From positions 1 to 45,048 of the forward strand of contig JAYZEG010000026.1 in NCBI GenBank assembly GCA_036337435.1: a DNA stretch of 45,048 bases, written 5' to 3'. The stretch is from Myxococcota bacterium (GTDB lineage Bacteria; Myxococcota_A; Bradymonadia; UBA7976; UBA1532). Below, in pieces: positions 16,101 through 23,401 of this stretch. The position numbers and the translations under genes are program-made. The first letter of the stretch is position 1, and each line of letters begins with the position of its first letter. The notes beneath the pieces were generated by a model. That model had not been told where the DNA came from. It searched no databases and saw nothing but the letters and a program-made list of their open reading frames with translations.

Positions 16101-17439
16101 GATTACCAATCCCATCTAAATCAGCGTCGGTGAGGTCTCGAACAGCGAGGTCGGGGCAATTGTCGCGAGCATCGCTGATCCCGTCACCGTCTCGGTCATT
16201 ATCTTCTGGATTGTCACACAGGTCTCCGAGTCCATCTCGGTCTGAATCAAGCTGGTTTGGATTGGCAATATCAGGACAGTTGTCATCGGCATCGGAAATC
16301 CCGTCTGCATCTGAATCCTGCTCATCGGCCCCTTCACACGCATCGCCAGTGCCGTCGCCATCCGCATCCGCTTGGTCAGGATTTTCAACGTCAATACAGT
16401 TGTCGCAGGGGTCACCTACCCCATCCAAGTCCTGGTCGGAAATGTCTAATGAGGCGAGGTCAGGGCAGTTGTCAGAGCCGTCGACAAGGCCGTCGCCATC
16501 ACGGTCGCCGTCAACAATAGAACAGGCATCACCACGCCCGTCCGCATTTAGATCGGATTGATCGGGATTAGGAACATCGGGACAATTATCATCATCGTCA
16601 ATGACCCCATCGTTGTCACGGTCACCCGCCACAGCCCCTTCGCATGCATCGCCCTGGCCATTCCCGTTGAAGTCCTCCTGACCAGGATTGGGTTCATTTG
16701 GACAGTTATCACAGGCATCCCCCAAGCCGTCTAGGTCCGTATCTGCTTGATCCTCATTGGCCACATCCAAACAATTATCAACATCTTCTGGCCACCCATC
16801 TTCGTCGCTGTCTAGCCCGACCGGGTCTGGGTCACAGATGTCACCCAGGCCGTCTTCATCAGTATCTTGTTGGTCTGCGTTCGCCGTCGCAGGACAATTA
16901 TCCTGTTCATCGATGATACCGTCCCCATCTCGGTCGGGCGGATCGCATGCGTCTCCGGCACCATCGCCGTCACTGTCCACTTGTTGCCGATTTGGATCAT
17001 CAGGGCAATTGTCCTCGTCATCTGGAATACCGTCATTGTCGACATCGGTGACAACGATGGGGTCACAGGCATCGCCCTGGCCATCCCCATCTGAGTCGAC
17101 TTGATCCGCATTGGCCTCTTCCGGGCAATTGTCAATCTCATTCGGCACTCCGTCATTGTCGATGTCCGTGTCACCCACATCAGGGACAGGTTCGACGACG
17201 CCCAGATCACCGACCGGCTCGACAACGCCACCGTCAGCCTCCACAATTTGCCCAAGATCCGGGTCTGGTCTCGGCTCTCCAAAATCCAGGAGAGGATCCG
17301 GCGTTACCGAGCCATCTTCCATCTGCATCGGAGCTGGCTCGGCTGGACCACCACTGCCGTCATCGCCGCCACATGCCAGTAAGCCAAACGCAACGAACGC
17401 GCTCAAAACACGTGTCACCAGATTGCATCCCGTCATCAT
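10108..17439 (-). CDS. Giant lipoprotein made of thrombospondin type-3 (Ca-binding) repeats
   Basis: Lipobox GLLAC-GG; ~69 DxDxDG...D[NDSKIT]C...NxxQxDxDxDGxGDAC units; no other domain visible. Start is ATG 17439 or 17436 after GTGAGGG. Confidence 0.9.
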   Translation of the reverse strand: MMTGCNLVTRVLSAFVAFGLLACGGDDGSGGPAEPAPMQMEDGSVTPDPLLDFGEPRPDPDLGQIVEADGGVVEPVGDLGVVEPVPDVGDTDIDNDGVPNEIDNCPEEANADQVDSDGDGQGDACDPIVVTDVDNDGIPDDEDNCPDDPNRQQVDSDGDGAGDACDPPDRDGDGIIDEQDNCPATANADQQDTDEDGLGDICDPDPVGLDSDEDGWPEDVDNCLDVANEDQADTDLDGLGDACDNCPNEPNPGQEDFNGNGQGDACEGAVAGDRDNDGVIDDDDNCPDVPNPDQSDLNADGRGDACSIVDGDRDGDGLVDGSDNCPDLASLDISDQDLDGVGDPCDNCIDVENPDQADADGDGTGDACEGADEQDSDADGISDADDNCPDIANPNQLDSDRDGLGDLCDNPEDNDRDGDGISDARDNCPDLAVRDLTDADLDGIGNPCDNCPGVFNPIQEDEDGDGVGDACDGGQVIDSDRDGRPDEVDNCPDVFNPGQADENGDGVGDQCEEGDVVLDDDGDGVPNDIDNCPGLALADISDFDLDGVGNGCDNCVDVANPEQLDSDMDGVGDACDADVIVDQDADGIADGDDNCPEAFNPDQADEDGDGVGDACDDPNENDRDGDGILDAVDNCPDVNTRDQSDSDLDGLGDRCDNCPFVANPDQADADGDLIGDACEAVLVPDRDDDGVGDPDDNCREVPNADQLDADGDGIGDACDDINELDRDGDGIINENDNCPDTASRDQSDFDLDGLGNVCDNCPQDPNADQADADEDGIGDACQGDNGLDTDGDGIADGDDNCPEVGNGNQADGDGDGIGDVCDPLNDIDFDADGVLNDVDNCPNDGPADQSDFDNDGVGNHCDNCPDVFNPDQGDADGDGRGDACLEQPAVDTDRDGLADDEDNCPVVANEGQVDGDGDGVGDACDPVDNRIDRDGDGVLDAVDNCPDLSANDQSDADLDGVGDACDNCRDVANLDQLDTDGDGVGDACVDNPDDADQDGVADAIDNCVNTPNGQQEDGDGDGVGDACDPVDNQRDGDGDGIPNEADNCPELASNDQSDGDLDGVGDLCDNCPLRANPNQEDDDINGVGNACEGAAGADTDGDGVFNDADNCPDEFNPAQEDADQDGLGDACDNQNALDVDGDGILNDEDNCPDLATGNLTDTDEDGVGDECDNCPLVANPNQDNLDDCEAAVGDRDLDGVSDLDDNCPRTPNAAQADRDQDGRGDACDPTDNSGDRDGDGIPDGSDNCPEIAINDQSDQDLDGVGDACDNCVLIANQDQADADGDEVGDACEAGDVDSDFDGIPDPVDNCPNNANVDQADDDGDGFGNACDFVDNRADTDGDGILNGVDNCPDFASNDQSDIDLDGVGDVCDNCPDRANADQADGDLNGTGDACEGVAGQDTDNDGIFDDVDNCPDLANAAQVDSDGDGVGDACDAVDDADRDGDGILNEADNCPDLATGNQADADEDGVGDACDNCPAVANPNQDNLNDCEANVDDADEDGIGDNRDNCPNRANADQADSDDDGIGDACDNFDGRLDSDNDGVLSPDDNCSDVANADQVDIDDDGLGDACDNCPEVPNVEQADADDNGTGDACEPINLDDDEDGIPNGDDNCPAVPNAGQGDADGDGIGDACDGINNLLDRDGDGIRNEVDNCPDVAGNDQSDNDLDGLGNLCDNCPDHANEDQLDSNGDGQGDACTGVGIDTDDDGVPDDEDNCVNVANLDQADADGDDIGDVCDLIDNRVDSDGDGVANDFDSCPDVFNQDQSDTDLDGLGDACDNCPERANPDQLDLDDDGVGDACTDLRPDTDDDGTADEDDNCPNTFNADQSDGDQDGIGDACDEVDNNLDADGDGILDTDDNCPNLASNDQTDTDLDGLGDLCDNCTEVGNVDQLDTDGDGLGDACDLDDDEDGILLPDDNCPNVANPNQVDADGDGVGDLCQAYFSDRDGDGIPDHLDDCVWPNAGGQICGALDGDDFDQDGVMNLDDKCPYTANPQQRDDEPCMADTDADGIENEADICPGVADPGQEEIAPGLGRACVVAVPGPGDDDGDGVQNAEDNCPGFSTPIVLDQDADGIGDECDNCRLVPNTGQRDTDQDGIGDACEIEDADGDTIADEQDNCPNVSNVNQVDADGDGTGNLCQAFYRDDDGDGMPNYRDDCPYPQDQNPRSCDELEDGDLDGDGVANGDDTCPLVSNADQNEDACLDDQDGDGVSDDQDNCPELANPDQAEASPGLGLACAIAAPAAGDVDGDGIDNREDNCPGVASPDIADTDGDGVGDVCDNCILVRNAFQYDSDDNGLGDACEADDRDGDTIVDDLDNCPDVPNADQTDVDDNNVGDACQGFFADEDGDGIPQHLDDCKWPNGNGEDCNALDQADFDGDGIANGVDICPYTANPDQGNEDACLDDFDGDGILNVDDNCQEVANPGQETHDGEQGVACNIPVGG
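10129..17172 (-). repeat. Thrombospondin type-3 repeat array with higher-order periodicity
   Basis: About 69 units by manual count: 17 consecutive three-unit super-repeats marked by CDNC, then six-unit super-repeats with an exact 600-bp period (Gln codons at 11622, 11022, 10422). Confidence 0.88.
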
Positions 17440-17518
17440 TCCCTCACCGTGTACTTTGCCCCTGACCTAAGAATGATGTATTTTGGGTGTCCAGTACAAC
17501 TCGTTTTCGAGGTATATC

Positions 17519-18067
17519 GTGTCCAAAGTGTCAATCGGGCTCTCCCTCTGTGCGATTGTGATCGCGACCGTGGCCCTGTTCCGTGCCCCCGATCGCTCGG
17601 CAGAAAGGCAATCTCCAGTCGTAACACCAGGCCCGGGGCACTCAGCAAGTTTGCAAACCCGGGTATCAAAAAATAAGCCTTCGTTGCCAATCAACCAGGA
17701 CGGTTTGAGTGAATATGTTGCGAAAAACGACCGTTTAAGAGAGGAACTGAATGCGCTCCGAGCGGACGTACAAGCCCTTCAAACCCAGTTTGAAGCGACA
17801 CAGAAAGCCCTGTCCAAATTCTCCGGTTTAGCTGGGGCCGCGGACCACAACCCTGATATACCTGGTCTACAGACCGAAGACGAAATAAAGGGAATCCCCG
17901 TACTGGGTGACCCGACAAATACAATCGACCCCAACACCCCCGAAGACCAGTTGGCTGAAGAACAGCGAACAAAAGAACAAGCGAGCCGACTACTGGCTCA
18001 ATCCAGAGAGGCCGAAGAAAGACCCGGTCCGTCCACAGAAAAAGGCGCAGTTAAAGAATCCCAATAG
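17519..18067 (+). CDS. Hypothetical membrane-anchored coiled-coil protein
   Basis: GTG 17519 with GAGG 6 nt upstream (track starts at TTG 17483); N-terminal hydrophobic helix IGLSLCAIVIATVALF; heptad segment NDRLREELNALRADVQALQTQFEATQKAL. Confidence 0.65.
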   Translation: MSKVSIGLSLCAIVIATVALFRAPDRSAERQSPVVTPGPGHSASLQTRVSKNKPSLPINQDGLSEYVAKNDRLREELNALRADVQALQTQFEATQKALSKFSGLAGAADHNPDIPGLQTEDEIKGIPVLGDPTNTIDPNTPEDQLAEEQRTKEQASRLLAQSREAEERPGPSTEKGAVKESQ

Positions 18068-18210
18068 GGACGAATGTGGTCGGCAACGCCGTCCCCCTCC
18101 CGTTCCACCTCACCCAAGACGCGCATTTTTCAAGAAATCAAGTTTACACTGTCAACCCTGACCTATTCCTGTTAGACAACAACTACATTGGCGTACATGG
18201 CAGTGATAGT

Positions 18211-21200
18211 ATGACTGGTCAGACTTTGACTTACACGCGCGGTGCAGGCTTGAGATGGAGTTTGTTTTCCATCTTCGCAGTCTCCGGCTTCGCCGGCCTT
18301 ATTTATGAAGCGATTTGGGGACGCTACCTAAAGCTTTTCCTGGGGCATTCGGCATACGCGCAAACCTTCGTTATCGCAATCTTTATGGGCGGCATGGCCC
18401 TTGGCTCCTGGCTGGCTGCCCGCTACTCTCATCGGGCAAAAAGTCTGCTGAGGGGCTATGCAATTACCGAAGTTGCCATCGCGTGCTTCGCGTTCGTCTT
18501 CCAGCCCCTGTTCGAGATACTGACGGCATGGGCCTATGATACGGCGATACCAGGACTGGGCCACCCAGTTGCCGTCAGCGTTTTCAAGCAATGCTTATCG
18601 ATGGCAATGATTTTGCCGCCGGCGGTCCTCATGGGGATGACATTCCCCCTAATGAGTGGTGGCATCATTCGCTTATACCCTCGCATCTCAGGCTCATCGC
18701 TGGCCATGCTCTACTTTACAAACAGTATCGGCGCAGCTTTGGGGGTTTTTCTCACCGGCTTTGTCCTCATTGGTTGGATCGGCTTGCCCGGAACAACATT
18801 GCTCGCGGGCAGCATTAACTTATTGGTCGGGTTAACGGTCTGGCTGTTGGCTAAAAAAGTCGACGAACCACAGCCAGCAACGGCTAGGACTGAGGCCATT
18901 GCTGTCTCTGGGCTCCACTCCGCGGCGAGCCCAAAGCTTCTTTTCTGGATTGCAGGTTTGACGGGGTTTGCTTCGTTTCTTTATGAGATCGGCTGGATCA
19001 GAATGCTCAGCATGGTCCTCGGCAGCTCCAGCCACGCATTCGAAATCATGCTCGGCACATTCATCGCTGGCCTTGCATTGGGTGGACTCTGGGTTAAAGG
19101 GCGGATTGATCGGCTCGACGACCCAACCGCATTTCTCGCGACGATGCAGTGGGTCATGGGTGCCTTGGCGATACTCACGTTATATTTATATAACCAATGC
19201 TTTGATCTCATGGCGGGGCTGATGAGCGGCCTGACTCGCACGGAGGCTGGATACACATTATTCAATATCGGAAGCCACTTATTGGCGGTGGTCATTATGC
19301 TGCCCGCCGCATTCTGTGCTGGCACGACGCTTCCCCTGATCACATTCGCCCTGCTGCGTCGAGGATACGGCGAAAAGAGCATCGGCCAGGTCTATGCTTG
19401 CAACACCGTGGGCGCGATTTTAGGCGTCTTTACGGCAACGCATCTCGCGATGCCAATCTTCGGCCTCAAGGGTTTGGTCATTTTTGGGGCACTCGTAGAT
19501 ATTGCCTTAGCTATCGCCATCTTTTTTGCCATCGGTCGACGTCGACTCATGGTCGGGGCACTGTGCGCTGGAGGCCTGCTCATCACCACCACCGCTATCT
19601 CGGTCCAATTTGATCCGCTGAGGATGGCGTCCGGCGTATACCGAGTCGCTCGAATCATGTCGACCGATAGCTATGAGTCGCTCTATCACGCAGATGGAAA
19701 AACATCGACTGTTGACGTTATTCGGGGCGGCGATGGTCGATTGATTCTAATCACAAATGGAAAGCCAGATGCATCCGTCAACCCAAAGACCGATGGCCCA
19801 CCGACAAGCGACGAGGGAACACAAGCGTTTCTGGCATCTGTGCCACTGGCCTTGCATCCTGACGCAAAAAAGGCCGCTGTGATCGGGATCGGCTGCGGCA
19901 TGACCACCAGTGTCTTGCTCGGGCAACCAACGCTAGAACAAGTCGACACAGTCGAAATAGAACCCAAAATGGTTGATGGTGCTGCGTTTTTCAAGCCCAT
20001 GAGCAGTCCCCTTTTCGACGACCCGAGAAGCCGCATCGTTATCGATGACGCACGGACGTACTTCTCGTCGACAGGGGCCCGATACGATATCATTGTATCG
20101 GAGCCCTCAAATCCATGGGTCAGCGGTGTTTCGTCTCTGTTCTCGGAGGAGTTCTACCAGCGCGTTTCACAGCACTTAAATGAGGATGGCCTACTCGCCC
20201 AGTGGGTACAATTGTACGAGTTGACGCCCGAATTGATTGGCTCCGTACTCACCGCAGTGCATAAGACATTTCCACATGTTGCTCTGTTTGCAACAGACGA
20301 CAGTAATATCGTTATCGTTGCCTCTCGTACAAAACCCATTGGCCCTTTGCAACAGACGGTGTTTGAAGCCTCATCGCTGGCATCCCGGATGGGTCGACAC
20401 GAAGTGAAGAGCCCCCGCACCTTCGAGGTTTATCGGGTGGGCGACTTGCAGACTCTCGGCCCCCTGTTTGAGAGCTACGATGCCCCCTCTAATTCCGATT
20501 ACTTTCCCTATTTAGATACCCATGCCACAAAACAACGCTTCCTCAGGTCGTCAGCTCAGGACTTGCTTCGACTTCGAACAACTGTCGTTCCGATATTGGA
20601 CATTCTATCCCCCACGCCGCGTTTTGACTTCGGTTGGAATACGCAGAAACTGCCCACTCATCGTCCCTCTAGCAACGCCCTTTACCCGCCGTTGAAAAGT
20701 ACGTTTGGTGCCGTTGCGATCTCGAGGTTGGTGATCAATGAAAACGCCGAAGGGCAGAAATGGATCCGGCCTGCTGCCAGAAAAGCCATCCTCGACTTAT
20801 CTAAACAGTTATTTAAGTGCACGCCAGCAAATGACCAAGGATTGAGCATTCGAAAGGCCGTTTTTGAGATTGGTCTTGCGACGAATCCATATCTCGATGC
20901 GCAATCGGCGAGCCAGCTTTGGGACAAGATAATGACGGGTCAGTGCGTCGACAAGCTCGATCCGATCTCGCGGCAATGGCTTGAAACAATGGCAAGTATC
21001 GGACGGCGAGATGCGGCCGCGATACTTGAGACCGCGCCTGGGCTGCTTGCGAGTGCCGAACCCAAGAGTGGAGTTACAGAGTTGGTCTTACTCGAAGCCA
21101 TTATGGCCGCTTACGTAAAACAGGGACATGGTCCAAAGGCTTTGGAGCTCTGGCAACGCCATGCAGACCGCCTGGGTGCTACGAAATCACTCAAACTCCA

Positions 21201-21243
21201 CCATCGGCTTTTACTGGCTCACGCTCGACTGCGCACGAACTGA
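18211..21243 (+). CDS. Fused multi-TM membrane domain / spermidine-synthase-like SAM-dependent protein
   Basis: Duplicated TM block (SGFAGLIYE..W.RYLKLFLG; TGFASFLYEIGWIRMLSMVLG), then VIGIGCGMT, VDTVEIEP, DDAR, YDIIVSEPSNPW. ATG 18211 is preferred over the track start at 18076. Confidence 0.85.
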   Translation: MTGQTLTYTRGAGLRWSLFSIFAVSGFAGLIYEAIWGRYLKLFLGHSAYAQTFVIAIFMGGMALGSWLAARYSHRAKSLLRGYAITEVAIACFAFVFQPLFEILTAWAYDTAIPGLGHPVAVSVFKQCLSMAMILPPAVLMGMTFPLMSGGIIRLYPRISGSSLAMLYFTNSIGAALGVFLTGFVLIGWIGLPGTTLLAGSINLLVGLTVWLLAKKVDEPQPATARTEAIAVSGLHSAASPKLLFWIAGLTGFASFLYEIGWIRMLSMVLGSSSHAFEIMLGTFIAGLALGGLWVKGRIDRLDDPTAFLATMQWVMGALAILTLYLYNQCFDLMAGLMSGLTRTEAGYTLFNIGSHLLAVVIMLPAAFCAGTTLPLITFALLRRGYGEKSIGQVYACNTVGAILGVFTATHLAMPIFGLKGLVIFGALVDIALAIAIFFAIGRRRLMVGALCAGGLLITTTAISVQFDPLRMASGVYRVARIMSTDSYESLYHADGKTSTVDVIRGGDGRLILITNGKPDASVNPKTDGPPTSDEGTQAFLASVPLALHPDAKKAAVIGIGCGMTTSVLLGQPTLEQVDTVEIEPKMVDGAAFFKPMSSPLFDDPRSRIVIDDARTYFSSTGARYDIIVSEPSNPWVSGVSSLFSEEFYQRVSQHLNEDGLLAQWVQLYELTPELIGSVLTAVHKTFPHVALFATDDSNIVIVASRTKPIGPLQQTVFEASSLASRMGRHEVKSPRTFEVYRVGDLQTLGPLFESYDAPSNSDYFPYLDTHATKQRFLRSSAQDLLRLRTTVVPILDILSPTPRFDFGWNTQKLPTHRPSSNALYPPLKSTFGAVAISRLVINENAEGQKWIRPAARKAILDLSKQLFKCTPANDQGLSIRKAVFEIGLATNPYLDAQSASQLWDKIMTGQCVDKLDPISRQWLETMASIGRRDAAAILETAPGLLASAEPKSGVTELVLLEAIMAAYVKQGHGPKALELWQRHADRLGATKSLKLHHRLLLAHARLRTN

Positions 21244-21336
21244 GATTGAGAGCAGAGAACTGCACTTTACAATGGAGCCGTATTTGATTTCTATCCTCCC
21301 ACTAGAGACTTAACCATTGTTTGGACCCGGGAACAC

Positions 21337-23388
21337 ATGTCTAGATTACCATTTGTGCTCACCTACTGCCTTATTGCCCTCCTGCTTGCCTGCGGTGATT
21401 CAGACCCGGGGTCGACCGAGGATCGGCCCGAGCCCTCCTGTGCTGACGGGACACAACGTTGCCCTGAGGGTTTCGAATGTCAGCTCAATGCTGCTGGCGC
21501 TTATCAATGCCTTGAGACAACAATCCCAATCCTCGATTTCGGTACGGCTGATGCGGATCGGCTTGACGATGCGACTCCAATGAACCCCGATGCCATGCCC
21601 TCCTCGCTGAGCTGTATGGCGCTCTGCCAAGGGGCTATCGATTGCATTTACAGCGGAGACCTTTGTCGAGCCCTTACGCCTGGCGAGGAGCGTGACGTCA
21701 TGGCCCAGTGCACCACTGCATGTATGGCTGATCGAAGCAGCTTTGCTAATCTTGAATCAGACGATTGTGCGACACGCGCTGAGGCTATTTTTAGCCAAGT
21801 CAGTGATCTTACTTTGCTCTGCGGGATTTCAACCTTGGACAATCCATGTCGAACGGCTGAAGGTGTCGACGGAGTGTGTACTGCAGCTGATGGCTGCACA
21901 GCGTCGTCCGATGGAACCAAATGTCTGGGCGATGCCGTTTGCTGCACCGGCATCCAATGCGGTGGCAGCGGCACCTGCGTTGGCGATGACCGATGCAACG
22001 GTCGCCCGATCGGTGGAGACTGTCCTGGCAATGGGGTTATTTGTTGCGAAGCATTTGCCCCGATCGCGGGTGCTTGTGACGACGATGCCCAATGTGCGTC
22101 TGGCATCTGTGCAACCGAGATGACAACACGCAGGCTCACCCCCGATGGATTTTGCCAAACCCAATGCGAAAACAGTGACGTATGCGGGGCTGGCGGCGTT
22201 TGTCTTGCCAATGCCGGCGAGGGCGTTTGTTTTCAGACGTGCGACGAAGAGTCCCCGTGCCGGCCCGGCTGGTTCTGTGGGCTGCAATCTAGAACCGATG
22301 CAACGGGTATGCTGGTATCCGTGCAAGTCTGTCTTACGGACTGCAGGCAGCAAGGGTGCGGCAGCGAGGGCGTCTGCAATCAGGACACTGGAGTTTGTGA
22401 ACTGAACATTGTGCCAGCTGAGGCGTGTGAATACCCCTGCCAGGACAATGAAGTTTGCGAGGGTAGTCGCTGCATCAGGGCCGACAATAGCTGCGTGACC
22501 GAATACAACTGTCCAGAGAACTGGGCGTGCACAAATGGCCAGTGCACAACGGCTTCATTTGCCGATTGCCAGCTCAATGTTCCCAACGCCTGTGCAGCAG
22601 GCCAGACGTGCGTCCGCACCAATGATGGTGGCGGGATCTGCCTTGTGAGCTGCATGGACAACTCGGCGTGCCCCCTCCATATGTCATGTCAACCCTTGTT
22701 GGCTGGCCAGCCTAACCTTTGTTACTACGAATTTTGTGATGCGGCCGAACTAAACGGCCTTTGTCTGCTCGGCGACCGTAATGGTACATGCCGGCCACTT
22801 GGTGACATCAATGTGTCTGCAGGAATCTGCCTGGATAGCGGCACGGCCGGAGAGGGCGAGCCCTGTGATGCCGAGGCTGATCGAACTGATGAAGCCAGTA
22901 TCGCGCTACTTTGTGGGACAGGTCTTCTTTGCATTGGCGATGAAGATGATCCACTCGACCCGGCCAACATGAATGAAGACCGAGGGGAATGTCAGGCACT
23001 CTGCACGGTTGGTGGAAATGACTGTGCAGCTGGTTTGAGCTGCGTTCAATACGGGCGCCCAGATGACCCCAACACGCCAGAGAATGAGTTGTTCAACATG
23101 GGTGTTTGCTCCCCGTCGGACTGCAACTTCCTGGGTGATGAGTGCGCCATGGGTGAAACCTGTCAGCCCATTGCATTCGGGGCAATCTTTGGCCGGTGCC
23201 GAGGGGTTGGAGAACTGGGCTTGGGAGAAGCGTGTCAAGAAAACACCGAATGCCCAGAAAATTCTATTTGCGGTAACGCCGGTGGCGGACCGACCTGTAT
23301 TCGCTTCTGTGCACCAAGAACGCAGGAATGCCCGTGGGGCCAGAGCTGTGTCCCCATCAATGGCGGCGCAGTCCACGCCTGTCTCTGA
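21337..23388 (+). CDS. Cysteine-rich repeat lipoprotein
   Basis: Lipobox LLLAC-GD; 82 Cys by manual count in C-x3-C / C-x4-5-C modules; two modules end in CC. Confidence 0.8.
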   Translation: MSRLPFVLTYCLIALLLACGDSDPGSTEDRPEPSCADGTQRCPEGFECQLNAAGAYQCLETTIPILDFGTADADRLDDATPMNPDAMPSSLSCMALCQGAIDCIYSGDLCRALTPGEERDVMAQCTTACMADRSSFANLESDDCATRAEAIFSQVSDLTLLCGISTLDNPCRTAEGVDGVCTAADGCTASSDGTKCLGDAVCCTGIQCGGSGTCVGDDRCNGRPIGGDCPGNGVICCEAFAPIAGACDDDAQCASGICATEMTTRRLTPDGFCQTQCENSDVCGAGGVCLANAGEGVCFQTCDEESPCRPGWFCGLQSRTDATGMLVSVQVCLTDCRQQGCGSEGVCNQDTGVCELNIVPAEACEYPCQDNEVCEGSRCIRADNSCVTEYNCPENWACTNGQCTTASFADCQLNVPNACAAGQTCVRTNDGGGICLVSCMDNSACPLHMSCQPLLAGQPNLCYYEFCDAAELNGLCLLGDRNGTCRPLGDINVSAGICLDSGTAGEGEPCDAEADRTDEASIALLCGTGLLCIGDEDDPLDPANMNEDRGECQALCTVGGNDCAAGLSCVQYGRPDDPNTPENELFNMGVCSPSDCNFLGDECAMGETCQPIAFGAIFGRCRGVGELGLGEACQENTECPENSICGNAGGGPTCIRFCAPRTQECPWGQSCVPINGGAVHACL

Positions 23389-23401
23389 GCAGGCCTTAGC
23401 G

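Noticed and set aside
5764..17172. Regularly spaced DNA repeats as a CRISPR array or non-coding repeat
   Set aside because: The repeats are in-frame, vary at third codon positions and lie inside long ORFs; no cas genes are present.
10173..17470. Many Ser/Pro-, His/Arg- and Met/Thr-rich ORFs overlapping the TSP3 gene
   Set aside because: Alternative-frame and antisense shadows of Asp/Gly-rich repeat codons.
23063..23401. Long overlap of the RluA ORF with the Cys-rich lipoprotein gene (similarly 27998-28243 for the second ABC subunit)
   Set aside because: Artefact of choosing the most upstream start; better starts exist at 23402 and 28244.
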